DNA from: Lachnospiraceae bacterium
Lineage (GTDB): Bacteria > Bacillota > Clostridia > Lachnospirales > Lachnospiraceae
Assembly: GCA_045641825.1 (NCBI GenBank)
Contig: JAZUHR010000283.1
Span: 1 to 33,570, forward strand
Direction of reading: 5' to 3'
Length of the DNA: 33,570 bases
Shown here piece by piece: positions 1 to 9,012 of this stretch; the first letter of the stretch is position 1, and each line of letters starts with the position of its first letter. Position numbers and translations under genes: made by a program. A model generated the notes under the pieces. It searched no databases. It saw only the letters and a program-made list of their open reading frames with translations, and was not told where the DNA came from.

Positions 1-561
1 GTGATGATTGTTCCTATTATGCAGAAAAAGGAAGGCGTTATGGAGACAGCACAGGCTCTTTGCGACCGTTTAGGCAAGGTTGCCCGTACCAAGCTGGATT
101 CTTCCGATAAGTCTCCGGGCTGGAAGTTCGCCGAGTGCGAGATGAGAGGTATCCCTGTTCGTGTTGAAATCGGACCTAAGGATATCGAGGCCGGCAAGTG
201 CGTACTGGTTCGTCGTGATACCAGAGAAAAGATTGAGTGCCCTCTGGACCAGCTGGAGAGCAAGGTTTCCGAGCTGCTTGAAACTATCCAGAAGGATATG
301 TTTGAGCGTGCCAAGGCACATCGCGATTCCCATATTTACGATGCTCATAATTACGATGAATTAAAGGATATTGCAGCCAATAAGCCGGGCTTCATCCGTG
401 CTATGTGGTGCGAGGATCAGGCTTGTGAAGATCAGATCAAGGCAGAGCTTGCGGTAACATCCCGTTGTATGCCTTTCAACGATCAGGGGCGTATCGCAGA
501 GACCTGCGTATGCTGCGGAAAGCCTGCAAAGAAGCTTGTTTACTGGGGCAAGGCATATTAA
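1..561 (+). CDS. proS: Prolyl-tRNA synthetase, C-terminal fragment (5' end outside window)
   Basis: The frame is open from base 1. The C-terminal region MWCEDQACEDQIKAE...TCVCCGKPAKKLVYWGKAY matches the Cys-rich C-terminal domain and ...Y terminus of archaeal-type class II ProRS. Confidence 0.8.
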   Translation: MMIVPIMQKKEGVMETAQALCDRLGKVARTKLDSSDKSPGWKFAECEMRGIPVRVEIGPKDIEAGKCVLVRRDTREKIECPLDQLESKVSELLETIQKDMFERAKAHRDSHIYDAHNYDELKDIAANKPGFIRAMWCEDQACEDQIKAELAVTSRCMPFNDQGRIAETCVCCGKPAKKLVYWGKAY

Positions 562-597
562 TTGTTACGTGGAAGGACACTTCCTGCGATAGAGTAA

Positions 598-1896
598 ATG
601 AACATAACACTACCCAAATCAGTAAATCAAATAATCCGGGCTCTGGAGAGAGCGGGCTTCGAAGCCTATGCGGTAGGAGGCTGTGTACGTGACTCCCTGC
701 TTTCCCGCACACCGGGAGACTGGGATATCACTACATCTGCCACACCCATGCAGGTAAAAGCTCTTTTTTCCCATACCATCGATACAGGCATCCAGCATGG
801 TACCGTAACGGTGATGATAGAGGGCGAGGGCTATGAAGTCACGACTTATCGGGTGGACGGAGAATATGAGGATTGCCGGCATCCCAAGGAGGTGCAGTTC
901 ACTCCGAATTTGTCAGAGGATCTGGCCAGGAGAGATTTTACCATCAATGCCATGGCTACCAATGGCCGTGACGGCATAGTGGATCTCTACGGAGGCACAG
1001 ATGATCTGGAGAAAAGGGTGATTCGTGCAGTGGGAGACCCTGAGGAGCGCTTCAAGGAAGATGCCCTCAGAATCCTTCGGGCTTATAGATTTGCGGCTCA
1101 GCTGGATTTTGTAATTGATCCTGCCACAGCAGAGGCAGCGGGGCATAAAGCACAGAACTTGTCCAGGGTCAGCGCTGAAAGAATCAGGGTAGAACTTTGT
1201 AAATTGCTTATTTCCGGGCATCCCGGCTCCCTTCATGAGGCTTATCTCAAAGGGATTACCGGGGTGGTTTTACCGGAATTTGATACTATAGAAGAGGACG
1301 GCGCCGACAGGGCTGAGAAGGTGCTTTCGGCCATTAAAAACAACGCAAATTACGCTGACTCGGAAGAAAAGACCAGGCTTAAAATCAAATGGGCTATTCT
1401 TTTGTCCGCATATACCGACAGCCTTCAGGGCGAATACAGTGAGTCTGTAGCCAAGGACCTGGCCAGACATGTCATGACCAGGCTGAAATTCGATAATGAC
1501 ACCAGGGATGCGGTAGGAAAGCTTGTTGAAAAACACAGAGTACTGGCGGCTTCCGCTACTTCCGTGGCTGTTAGACGCCTTATGAGAGAGGTGGGAGTGG
1601 ATATTTTCCCTCTGCTGCTTTCGGTACAGGCCAGTCTCCTGGAGAATTCTGTATTTCCTTTTGAGTGTGATATTCACTACGTGGAAAGCATAAAGCCTAT
1701 CTACGAAGAGGCGGTTAAGAGACACGACTGCGTGCAGATAAAGGATCTGGCCATAAACGGGCAGGATCTTCTGGCAAATGGTTTTGAGAAGGGCCCCGGT
1801 ATCGGAGAGGTGCTGGATAGGCTTTTATCAGCGGTTATAGATAATCCGGAGGTCAATAACAGGGAGACCTTGCTAAATTTGGCGAAGAGAGGATAA
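598..1896 (+). CDS. cca: CCA-adding tRNA nucleotidyltransferase / poly(A) polymerase family protein
   Basis: The N-terminal head-domain signature AVGGCVRDSLLSRTPGDWDITT is followed by RRDFTINAM and ERFKEDALRILRAYRF motifs. Length is 432 aa. Confidence 0.85.
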   Translation: MNITLPKSVNQIIRALERAGFEAYAVGGCVRDSLLSRTPGDWDITTSATPMQVKALFSHTIDTGIQHGTVTVMIEGEGYEVTTYRVDGEYEDCRHPKEVQFTPNLSEDLARRDFTINAMATNGRDGIVDLYGGTDDLEKRVIRAVGDPEERFKEDALRILRAYRFAAQLDFVIDPATAEAAGHKAQNLSRVSAERIRVELCKLLISGHPGSLHEAYLKGITGVVLPEFDTIEEDGADRAEKVLSAIKNNANYADSEEKTRLKIKWAILLSAYTDSLQGEYSESVAKDLARHVMTRLKFDNDTRDAVGKLVEKHRVLAASATSVAVRRLMREVGVDIFPLLLSVQASLLENSVFPFECDIHYVESIKPIYEEAVKRHDCVQIKDLAINGQDLLANGFEKGPGIGEVLDRLLSAVIDNPEVNNRETLLNLAKRG

Positions 1897-1902
1897 CAGC
1901 TT

Positions 1903-3252
1903 TTGGAGAACAAAAACAGGAAAAGGAATAGTTCTCTCTACGAGGAAGCCCGTGTATATGGGACTGAACGGCAGAAGGAAAAGCTGGGCAGAGATCAGGA
2001 GTATCGTAAGCGCCCTATTTCTTCGGAGCAGAAGAATGTGGTCGGTTTTTTGCTGGCAGGTGCCCTTATAATCGTAATTGCTTTGATAGGGCTGATTGTG
2101 AGAGGGACGGGAAAGCCCGGTGCTGCACCTACGTCAGTACCCAAGCCCTCCGCTACATTGACTCCCACAGCTACACCGGAGCCTATTGCGATTTTCGGAG
2201 TGGTTTATTCGGTGGACACTGAGCAGAAGACGGTTACGGTGTATGATGTTCAGGCTGAAGAGAAAAGAGTTCTCTGCTATACAGGCGCTTCAGTTTTTTA
2301 CAATGCGTATGATGCACTGACCACCGCAGCTACCTTGAATTATGGAGATCTCATAAAATTCACCATGAATGGAGACGGGACGGCTATAAAATCCGCTTCA
2401 CATGATCCGGATGTCTGGACCGTAAACAGGGTTGAAATTACGGCAATTGACCGTGAGAAAAATACTATTACCTTTAAGAATGCCAATTACAGATTCAGTG
2501 AAAAGCTTTGCATATTAAGTAACGACAAGCGAATAGAATTTACAGACCTTGTGACAAAGCTGGATCGTTTTACCATAAGAGGAAAAGGAACGGACATATA
2601 TGAAATTATAGTCACCACAGGCCACGGAGAACTGGTATTGTCCAATTTCAAGGACTTTGTGGGTGGGACCATTGATATCGGCCCCGCATATTCCTATACT
2701 ATCGATGAAAAGGCCTCCTATACAGTGCAGGAGGGCGAATACATAGTTACTGTCAGCAAGGGCAAATACAAGGGGACGGAAGTAGTCAGGGTGGACCGTG
2801 ATAAAACAGCGGTTTTTGACGTCTATGAATACGGGCAGGGGCCGGTAGAAACAAGTAAGGTTACCTTTGATATCACACCGGTAGGCGCTATTCTTTACAT
2901 AGACGGTAAAAGAACGGATTACAAATCCCCCGTGGAACTGGAATACGGGAAGGTTAAGGTAGAGATAGTGGCCCCCGGGTATGTGACTCAGGCTCAGACG
3001 ATTACCATCGATGCACCTACGCACAGCTTCCAATTCTATCTGAAGCTGCAGCCGACACCGACACCGGAGCCGACACCTACACCGGAGCCGACACCTACAT
3101 TGGAGCCGTCACCTACGCCGGAAATAACACCTACGGCAGAAGCTACTCAGACTTCTATGCCTGAAGCCGTAGTGACATCGGAACCTGCAGTTACAGCGCT
3201 GCCTCCTACAGGAATGCCTGAGGTACCGACACCGACACCTGCAGATATTTAA
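1903..3252 (+). CDS. Membrane-anchored PEGA-domain protein with Pro/Thr-rich linker and tail
   Basis: TTG start sits 9 nt after GAGAGGA, and there is no in-frame ATG before the TM helix VVGFLLAGALIIVIALIGLIV. The segment VTFDITPVGAILYIDGKRTDYKSPVELEYGKVKVEIVAPGY is PEGA-like. The C-terminus is PTPTPEPTPTPEPTPTLEPSPTPE. Confidence 0.6.
   Translation: MENKNRKRNSSLYEEARVYGTERQKEKLGRDQEYRKRPISSEQKNVVGFLLAGALIIVIALIGLIVRGTGKPGAAPTSVPKPSATLTPTATPEPIAIFGVVYSVDTEQKTVTVYDVQAEEKRVLCYTGASVFYNAYDALTTAATLNYGDLIKFTMNGDGTAIKSASHDPDVWTVNRVEITAIDREKNTITFKNANYRFSEKLCILSNDKRIEFTDLVTKLDRFTIRGKGTDIYEIIVTTGHGELVLSNFKDFVGGTIDIGPAYSYTIDEKASYTVQEGEYIVTVSKGKYKGTEVVRVDRDKTAVFDVYEYGQGPVETSKVTFDITPVGAILYIDGKRTDYKSPVELEYGKVKVEIVAPGYVTQAQTITIDAPTHSFQFYLKLQPTPTPEPTPTPEPTPTLEPSPTPEITPTAEATQTSMPEAVVTSEPAVTALPPTGMPEVPTPTPADI
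3052..3123 (+). repeat. Four tandem 18-nt repeats (ccgacacc[gt]acaccggag and variants) encoding PTPTPE units
   Basis: Read directly: units at 3052-3069, 3070-3087, 3088-3105 and 3106-3123, with progressive divergence. They lie inside the 1903..3252 CDS. Confidence 0.9.
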
Positions 3253-3297
3253 AATGTGAAAAAAGTGCAATGCACTGATTATAAAGGAGAATTACAT

Positions 3298-5043
3298 ATG
3301 TCAGAAGATTACATGAAGAACTATGAAGAGTGGCTGAACAATCCATACTTCGACGATGCAACCAAGGCAGAGCTTAAGGCAATTGCTGACAATGACAATG
3401 AGATCAAGGAGCGCTTCTATCGTGACCTTGAGTTTGGTACAGGCGGTCTTCGCGGTATTATCGGAGCCGGTACCAATCGTATGAATGTATATACAGTACG
3501 TAAGGCTACACAGGGCCTTGCCAATTATATTATCCGCATGGGCGGACAGAAGAAGGGCGTAGCTATTTCCTACGATTCCAGAAGAATGTCTCCTGAATTT
3601 GCTGATGAAGCTGCACTTTGTCTGGCTGCCAACGGTATCAAGGCATATGTTTTTTCCACACTTCATCCTACACCGATGCTTTCCTATGCAGTTCGTTACT
3701 TCAAGGCTATCGCGGGTATCAATATCACAGCTTCCCACAATCCGCCTGAATACAACGGCTACAAGGTTTACTGGGAGGATGGCGCTCAGATCGTGCCTCC
3801 TCACGATGTTGAGATCTTAAAGGAAGTAGCCAATACTACAGACTATGCCAAGGTTCTTACCATGGACAAGGATGCTGCTATCGCTGCAGGCCTCTACGAG
3901 GTAATCGGTCCTGATCTGGATGACAGCTATTCTGAGATTCTGCAGAAGCTGGTTCTTCGTCCTGAAGCTATCAAGGCTTGTGCCAAAGATCTTAAGATTG
4001 TTTACACACCACTTCACGGTACAGGTAATGTTCCTGTTCGCCGCGTATTAAAGGAAATCGGCTTCGAGAACGTATATGTAGTACCTGAGCAGGAGCTTCC
4101 TGACGGTAATTTCCCTACAGTTGATTATCCTAACCCTGAGGCAAAGGAGACCTTTACTCTGGGCCTTAAGCTGGCTCATGAAGTGGATGCAGATTTAGTT
4201 CTGGCCAATGACCCTGATGCAGACAGATTGGGCGTATATGTAAAGGATACCAAGTCCGGCGAGTACATCGCTCTTACCGGTAATATGTCCGGCTGTCTCC
4301 TGGCTGATTATGAGATTATGTCCATGAGAGAAAAGAATGGCGGTAAGCTCCCTGAGGATGGCGCTCTTATCACCACTATCGTTTCCACAGATATGGCAAA
4401 GGCTATCGCAGCATACTACAAGGTAAACTTCATCGAAGTACTCACAGGCTTCAAGTTTATCGGTGGTGTGATGAGAGAATTCGAGGAAAAGGGCCAGGGT
4501 ACATACCTGTTCGGCTTCGAGGAAAGCTACGGCTGCCTTATCGGCGATCATGCCCGTGACAAAGACGCTGTTGTGGCTACAATGGCTCTTTGCGAGGCAG
4601 CAGCTTACTACAAGACAAAGAATATGACTCTTTGGGATGCTATGCTGGAGCTCTACGAGCGTTACGGCTACTACAAGGATGATATCGTATCAGTTACCAT
4701 GAAGGGTATTTCCGGTCTGGCCAAGATCGCTGAGATTATGGAGACTCTGAGAAAGAATCCTATCAAGGAGATCTGCGGCCTCAAGACTCTGGCAGTAAGC
4801 GACTATAAGGCAGATACCAGAACAGAGCTTCCAAGCGGCGTGGTTACAGGCTCTACAGGCCTTCCAAGCTCCAATGTTCTCTACTATGAGCTGGAAAATA
4901 ATTCTTATCTTTGCGTACGTCCTTCAGGTACAGAGCCAAAGATCAAGCTCTACTTCGGTGTAAAGGGAACCAATCTCGCAGATGCCGATGCCAAGTCCAA
5001 GGCTTTGGCTGCAGAGGTTAAGTCCCTGCTGGAGAGCATGTAA
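3298..5043 (+). CDS. pgcA: Alpha-phosphoglucomutase / phosphomannomutase (PgcA-type phosphohexomutase)
   Basis: Contains FYRDLEFGTGGLRGIIGAGTNRMNVYTVRKA and the phosphoserine loop TASHNPPEYNGYKVY. I prefer ATG 3298, preceded by AAAGGAGA, over the track's GTG 3256. That start gives 581 aa. Confidence 0.85.
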   Translation: MSEDYMKNYEEWLNNPYFDDATKAELKAIADNDNEIKERFYRDLEFGTGGLRGIIGAGTNRMNVYTVRKATQGLANYIIRMGGQKKGVAISYDSRRMSPEFADEAALCLAANGIKAYVFSTLHPTPMLSYAVRYFKAIAGINITASHNPPEYNGYKVYWEDGAQIVPPHDVEILKEVANTTDYAKVLTMDKDAAIAAGLYEVIGPDLDDSYSEILQKLVLRPEAIKACAKDLKIVYTPLHGTGNVPVRRVLKEIGFENVYVVPEQELPDGNFPTVDYPNPEAKETFTLGLKLAHEVDADLVLANDPDADRLGVYVKDTKSGEYIALTGNMSGCLLADYEIMSMREKNGGKLPEDGALITTIVSTDMAKAIAAYYKVNFIEVLTGFKFIGGVMREFEEKGQGTYLFGFEESYGCLIGDHARDKDAVVATMALCEAAAYYKTKNMTLWDAMLELYERYGYYKDDIVSVTMKGISGLAKIAEIMETLRKNPIKEICGLKTLAVSDYKADTRTELPSGVVTGSTGLPSSNVLYYELENNSYLCVRPSGTEPKIKLYFGVKGTNLADADAKSKALAAEVKSLLESM

Positions 5044-5090
5044 GTGTAGCTTGCACTTAAGCAAATATATTACCTTAAAAGGGAAAAATA

Positions 5091-5486
5091 ATGGTTAATA
5101 ATCGAAAAGTCAGATTGATGGCACAAATCAATATGTACGAAGAGAATGAGGGGCGGGAAGACGTAAAGCTGGCCAAGTATTTCCGGTCGGATTATATACG
5201 TCTTCAGCTGCTCAAGACCTTCGTGTCCGTCACAGTAGGGTACCTGCTGGTGGTGGCTATGTACCTGGCATCCCAGCTGGACTACCTGATAAAAGAGGCG
5301 GTCAACCTGGATTATGTGGGTATGGCCATGACGGCTTTGGGATATTATGTTGTTATTCTGACGGTTTATATAGGTGGCACAATTATCTATTGCCTGCTTC
5401 ATTACAATGCCTCTCGAAATAAACTGGCGAAGTATTTCAAGATGCTTCGACGTATGAGAAGCTTTTATGAGGAGGAGAAAAGATGA
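5091..5486 (+). CDS. Hypothetical small membrane protein (about 2 TM helices)
   Basis: AAGGGA RBS lies upstream. Two hydrophobic helices are present (VSVTVGYLLVVAMYLA and ALGYYVVILTVYIGGTIIYCLL). Its stop overlaps the next start (ATGA at 5483-5486). I recognise no family. Confidence 0.5.
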   Translation: MVNNRKVRLMAQINMYEENEGREDVKLAKYFRSDYIRLQLLKTFVSVTVGYLLVVAMYLASQLDYLIKEAVNLDYVGMAMTALGYYVVILTVYIGGTIIYCLLHYNASRNKLAKYFKMLRRMRSFYEEEKR

Positions 5487-6640
5487 TTTTCACCAATATT
5501 CTTGTTTTTAGAAAAATAGTCAGGGAGATTTATCAAAAATACCAGAAGGCATTTGAATTCCTTTTCAAATTCCTTATTTCCTTTCTGGCTTACAGTGAAC
5601 TGATCGGGGCATTGAATTATGCCGAAAAACTGGACAAGGCCATAGTAAAGGTAGGCTTTGGCCTGATTGGTGCTATTCTCCCCGTTATAATTACCACCCT
5701 GCTTTGCATGCTTATTGCGGTGTACGAGATTTACGTGGCGTCACCTCTTTTGGCGGTACTTCTTCTGGTAATCATGATAATCCTCTACTGCTTTGCAGCA
5801 CGTTTTTCCGGAAAATGCGCTTACGCCCTGGTGGCTATACCTCTCCTTATGAGGGTGAACCTCCACTATTTTATCCCCATGTTTATGGGACTTACGGCAG
5901 GGCCGATGGCTATTTTCCCGGCAGCGGTAGGCGTCATTCTTTACTACGTTCTGGGGGTAATTAACGGCGTGGCTGCAGAGACCACCATTTCTACGGCGGA
6001 TGATGCCCTGGCAACTTATGTAAAGGTGCTGGACGGCATTATGTCCAACAAGCAGATGGCTTACACTATCGGTACTTTTGCAGTGGTTATTATCGTGATG
6101 TGGCTCTTTAAAAAGCTTAAGTACGAGTTTGTAATGGAACTGGATATTCTGACAGGGTGTCTGACCATGCTGAGCTGCTATTTTATCTGTGTTCTGAAGC
6201 TTAATATGATAGCTGATATGGGAAAAATAGTATGGGGAACCATTCTTTCCACTTTGATTATGTATGTGGTGCAGTTCTTCATTCTCCTACTTCACTATAC
6301 CAAGGCACAGACCATGCAGTTCCAGGATGACGACTACTATTACTATGTCAAGGCTGTACCGAAGATCGACGCAGAGCTTCCGGATCACTTCGTGAAATTC
6401 CTGTCCATCAAGGAAAGAAAAGAGCAGGAAGCTATTCAGAGAGAGGAAAGTCAGTCTATTTCCGATGCTGTTTCAAGGATTATGAACGGCGAAGATCTGG
6501 AAGAAAATGAAGATAAAACTGCCTTAAATTTGAACTATGATTCCGCAGATGAAGAGGACTACGAGCTTTTGGGAGAAGAAGCGGAGTCTGATGCAATTGA
6601 GGACGAAGCGGAAAAAATCGTAAGAAAAATCGAGAAATAG
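5483..6640 (+). CDS. Hypothetical polytopic membrane protein with acidic C-terminal tail
   Basis: 385 aa with multiple hydrophobic helices, then a DDDYYYY motif and a Glu/Asp-rich tail. It is translationally coupled to the 5091 ORF. I recognise no family. Confidence 0.55.
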   Translation: MIFTNILVFRKIVREIYQKYQKAFEFLFKFLISFLAYSELIGALNYAEKLDKAIVKVGFGLIGAILPVIITTLLCMLIAVYEIYVASPLLAVLLLVIMIILYCFAARFSGKCAYALVAIPLLMRVNLHYFIPMFMGLTAGPMAIFPAAVGVILYYVLGVINGVAAETTISTADDALATYVKVLDGIMSNKQMAYTIGTFAVVIIVMWLFKKLKYEFVMELDILTGCLTMLSCYFICVLKLNMIADMGKIVWGTILSTLIMYVVQFFILLLHYTKAQTMQFQDDDYYYYVKAVPKIDAELPDHFVKFLSIKERKEQEAIQREESQSISDAVSRIMNGEDLEENEDKTALNLNYDSADEEDYELLGEEAESDAIEDEAEKIVRKIEK

Positions 6641-6678
6641 TATTCTTATAAGGCGTGAGAGGATAAGTAGAAAAGCTT

Positions 6679-7602
6679 ATGTTTGGTGATGTATTGGCCT
6701 CAATTGAAAAATTAACAGCCTGGTTGCATTTCCCCCGGATGGGTGTACTGGACTTTGTGGAAATTATCATAGTCGCTTTACTCATATACTATGTAGTAAA
6801 GTGGATTAAAAACACAAGAGCCTGGGTCATCGTTAAGGGACTTATTGTACTGGTACTTTTCTGGGCGGTTGCCTCATTTTTGCAGCTGGATGTAATTCTC
6901 TGGATATTCAGAAACACCATAGGTGTAGGTATCACAGCGCTGATTATTCTCTTTCAGCCGGAGCTTAGAAGAGTACTGGAGAGCCTGGGAGGACGTAAGT
7001 TCCTGAATTTGGGACTTTTTACCGATTCCAAGGCCAATGCCAATGACTTTTCCGAGGGTACTGTCAAGGAACTGGTGGAGGCGAGCTTCAAGATGGGATC
7101 GGTTAAAACCGGAGCCCTTATAGTTATCGAGCAAAATATCCCTCTGGGCGAATTTGAAAGCACGGGTATTACCGTTGACGGCCTGGTGTCAGCAGGGCTT
7201 CTTATCAATATTTTTGAGCATAATACACCTCTTCACGACGGCGCGGTAATTATTCGCGGCAATCGTATTACTTCTGCTACCTGCTATCTGCCTTTGTCAG
7301 ATATGAAGAATATCTCAAAGGAACTGGGTACCCGCCACAGAGCAGGTCTGGGTGTCAGTGAAGTGACAGATGCTGTAATTATCATTGTTTCCGAAGAGAC
7401 CGGCAAGGTGTCGGTAGCCAGAAACGGTGTTCTGCGTCGAGGTGTCAACGGAGACGAGCTTCGTTCCATCCTTCTCGGTCTGGTTCCAAAGCCTGAAAAC
7501 GAGTCGAAGAACAAGCGTGAAAAAATCGGTGGCAAGGTAAACGACCGCAAAAATAAGAAGAACAATAACAATAATCATAAAAAACAGGAGGTGAAGGCAT
7601 GA
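6679..7602 (+). CDS. cdaA: Diadenylate cyclase CdaA (membrane-anchored DAC domain)
   Basis: Three N-terminal TM helices are followed by DAC motifs TPLHDGAVIIRGNRI and GTRHRAGLGVSEVTDAVIIIVSEETG. The C-terminal tail is basic and Asn/Lys-rich. Confidence 0.9.
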   Translation: MFGDVLASIEKLTAWLHFPRMGVLDFVEIIIVALLIYYVVKWIKNTRAWVIVKGLIVLVLFWAVASFLQLDVILWIFRNTIGVGITALIILFQPELRRVLESLGGRKFLNLGLFTDSKANANDFSEGTVKELVEASFKMGSVKTGALIVIEQNIPLGEFESTGITVDGLVSAGLLINIFEHNTPLHDGAVIIRGNRITSATCYLPLSDMKNISKELGTRHRAGLGVSEVTDAVIIIVSEETGKVSVARNGVLRRGVNGDELRSILLGLVPKPENESKNKREKIGGKVNDRKNKKNNNNNHKKQEVKA

Positions 7603-8855
7603 AATTCGCTAAAAAACTCCTGGAAAAGCTTAAACATAATTTTTTACTGAAATTATTATCACTGTTTGTAGCAATGCTTATGTGGATGGCTGTAATCAAT
7701 ACAGAGGACCCCATGACGGTAGTTACGATAAAGGATGTTCCGGTGACGATCCTGAATAAGCAGGTGATTTTGGACAGTGGTAAGATACCTGAAATTCTTG
7801 ACGGTGAGTCCATAAACGTAGTGGTGCAGGCCAGAAAGTCTATTTGTGACAAGCTGACAAGAGATGATATCGTAGCAATAGCAGATTTTGAAAAAATCTC
7901 CATTGCCAATACTGTGCCTATTGAGGTATCGGTAGACAATCATGATGACAGAGATGTAGAGATAGTAAGAGGTCAGAATCAGTTTGTAAAGCTGTCACTG
8001 GATGATTTCCAGACCAAGGAATTCAGGGTGAAGGTGGTGACGGTGGGAGATCCGCGTACAGGCTATGTGGTGGCATCGAATGTAGCCAGCCCCAACGTGG
8101 TCACGGTATCCGGCTCCAAGACTCAGCTCAGTAAAATCACTGACGTCATTGTAACCATCAATGCTACAGACAGATATGATGAATTTGCATCTATGGTAAC
8201 TGCAGTGGCAATCGACGGCAACAATGATACGGTATCCGCCGATAAAATCGTTATTTCTACCGACAGCATCAATGTCCGCACTCTTGTTTACAGAACCAGA
8301 GAACTCGCTGTAGACGTAAAACTGCAGGGTGAACCACATGAAGACTATGAGATTACCGGCGTTTCCGTACAGCCCGCCAGGGTAACGGTAGCAGGTCGTC
8401 AGGAGGATTTGGACAAGCTGCCGGCAGTGATTTACAAAGAGATAAATGTGGAAGGAGCTACCACCACTGTGGAGGCCAATCTGAATGTCATAGATCTGAT
8501 CGACAGGGAGCTGGTAAGTATTATTTCCGTGGATGACGGTACTGTGGCTGTGAAGGTTGATATAGAAAAGCAGCAGACTGAGCAAAAGCTCCTGCCGGCT
8601 ACAGAAATTAAATTCAGAAATCTGCCTGAAGGCCTCGAGGCGCAGATTATATCCATGGATACCAGAATGATCAAGGTCCAGGGAAAGAGAGATGCGCTGG
8701 AATCATTAACCGCTGAAATACTGGGACCATATATAGATTTTTCGGGAATCGAAGAAGCCGGAGAATACGAAAATATTCCTGTTATGTTTGAGCCCATGTT
8801 GGGAATAAAGGTGCTTACTGAATTGCACGCTAAGGTAGTAATAACAGAGAAATAA
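7599..8855 (+). CDS. cdaR: CdaA regulatory protein CdaR (YbbR-like repeat protein)
   Basis: There is an ATGA overlap with cdaA and an AGGAGG RBS. An N-terminal TM anchor is followed by repeated beta-rich YbbR-like modules (..V.V.G......I...V.P..V.V.G). cdaA-cdaR synteny is conserved. Confidence 0.8.
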   Translation: MKFAKKLLEKLKHNFLLKLLSLFVAMLMWMAVINTEDPMTVVTIKDVPVTILNKQVILDSGKIPEILDGESINVVVQARKSICDKLTRDDIVAIADFEKISIANTVPIEVSVDNHDDRDVEIVRGQNQFVKLSLDDFQTKEFRVKVVTVGDPRTGYVVASNVASPNVVTVSGSKTQLSKITDVIVTINATDRYDEFASMVTAVAIDGNNDTVSADKIVISTDSINVRTLVYRTRELAVDVKLQGEPHEDYEITGVSVQPARVTVAGRQEDLDKLPAVIYKEINVEGATTTVEANLNVIDLIDRELVSIISVDDGTVAVKVDIEKQQTEQKLLPATEIKFRNLPEGLEAQIISMDTRMIKVQGKRDALESLTAEILGPYIDFSGIEEAGEYENIPVMFEPMLGIKVLTELHAKVVITEK

Positions 8856-8860
8856 AATAT

Positions 8861-8917
8861 AAAAAGTTTTGGACTGTGTTCTTTTTTAAAGAGAGCATAA
8901 GCTCAAAACTTTTTTTA
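8861..8917 (+). terminator. Candidate weak intrinsic terminator after cdaR
   Basis: AAAAAGTTTTG (8861-8871) is perfectly complementary to CAAAACTTTTT (8904-8914) and is followed by TTTATT. The stem is AU-rich and the loop is large, so it is weak. Confidence 0.3.
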
Positions 8918-8926
8918 TTCCGAATT

Positions 8927-8960
8927 TTATCACAAATCTATCACAAACGGCCGTTAAAAT
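8927..8960 (+). promoter_or_regulatory. Direct repeat TATCACAAA x2 (11-bp phasing) plus candidate -10 TAAAAT upstream of htrA-like gene
   Basis: TATCACAAA occurs at 8928-8936 and 8939-8947, and TAAAAT at 8955-8960. The repeats occupy the -35 region. Confidence 0.35.
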
Positions 8961-9012
8961 ATGGTTAATTCAATGAAAACTGAAGATAACGCTTTTTCAT
9001 GAAAGGGAATAT

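Noticed and set aside
3256-3297. GTG 3256 as the start of the phosphohexomutase
   Set aside because: ATG 3298 has a proper AAAGGAGA Shine-Dalgarno and gives a PgcA-like N-terminus. The upstream extension MKKVQCTDYKGELH has no support.
8961-9002. 13-codon ORF MVNSMKTEDNAFS in the htrA 5' region
   Set aside because: It has no Shine-Dalgarno, is very short and has no structural context. It is probably fortuitous.
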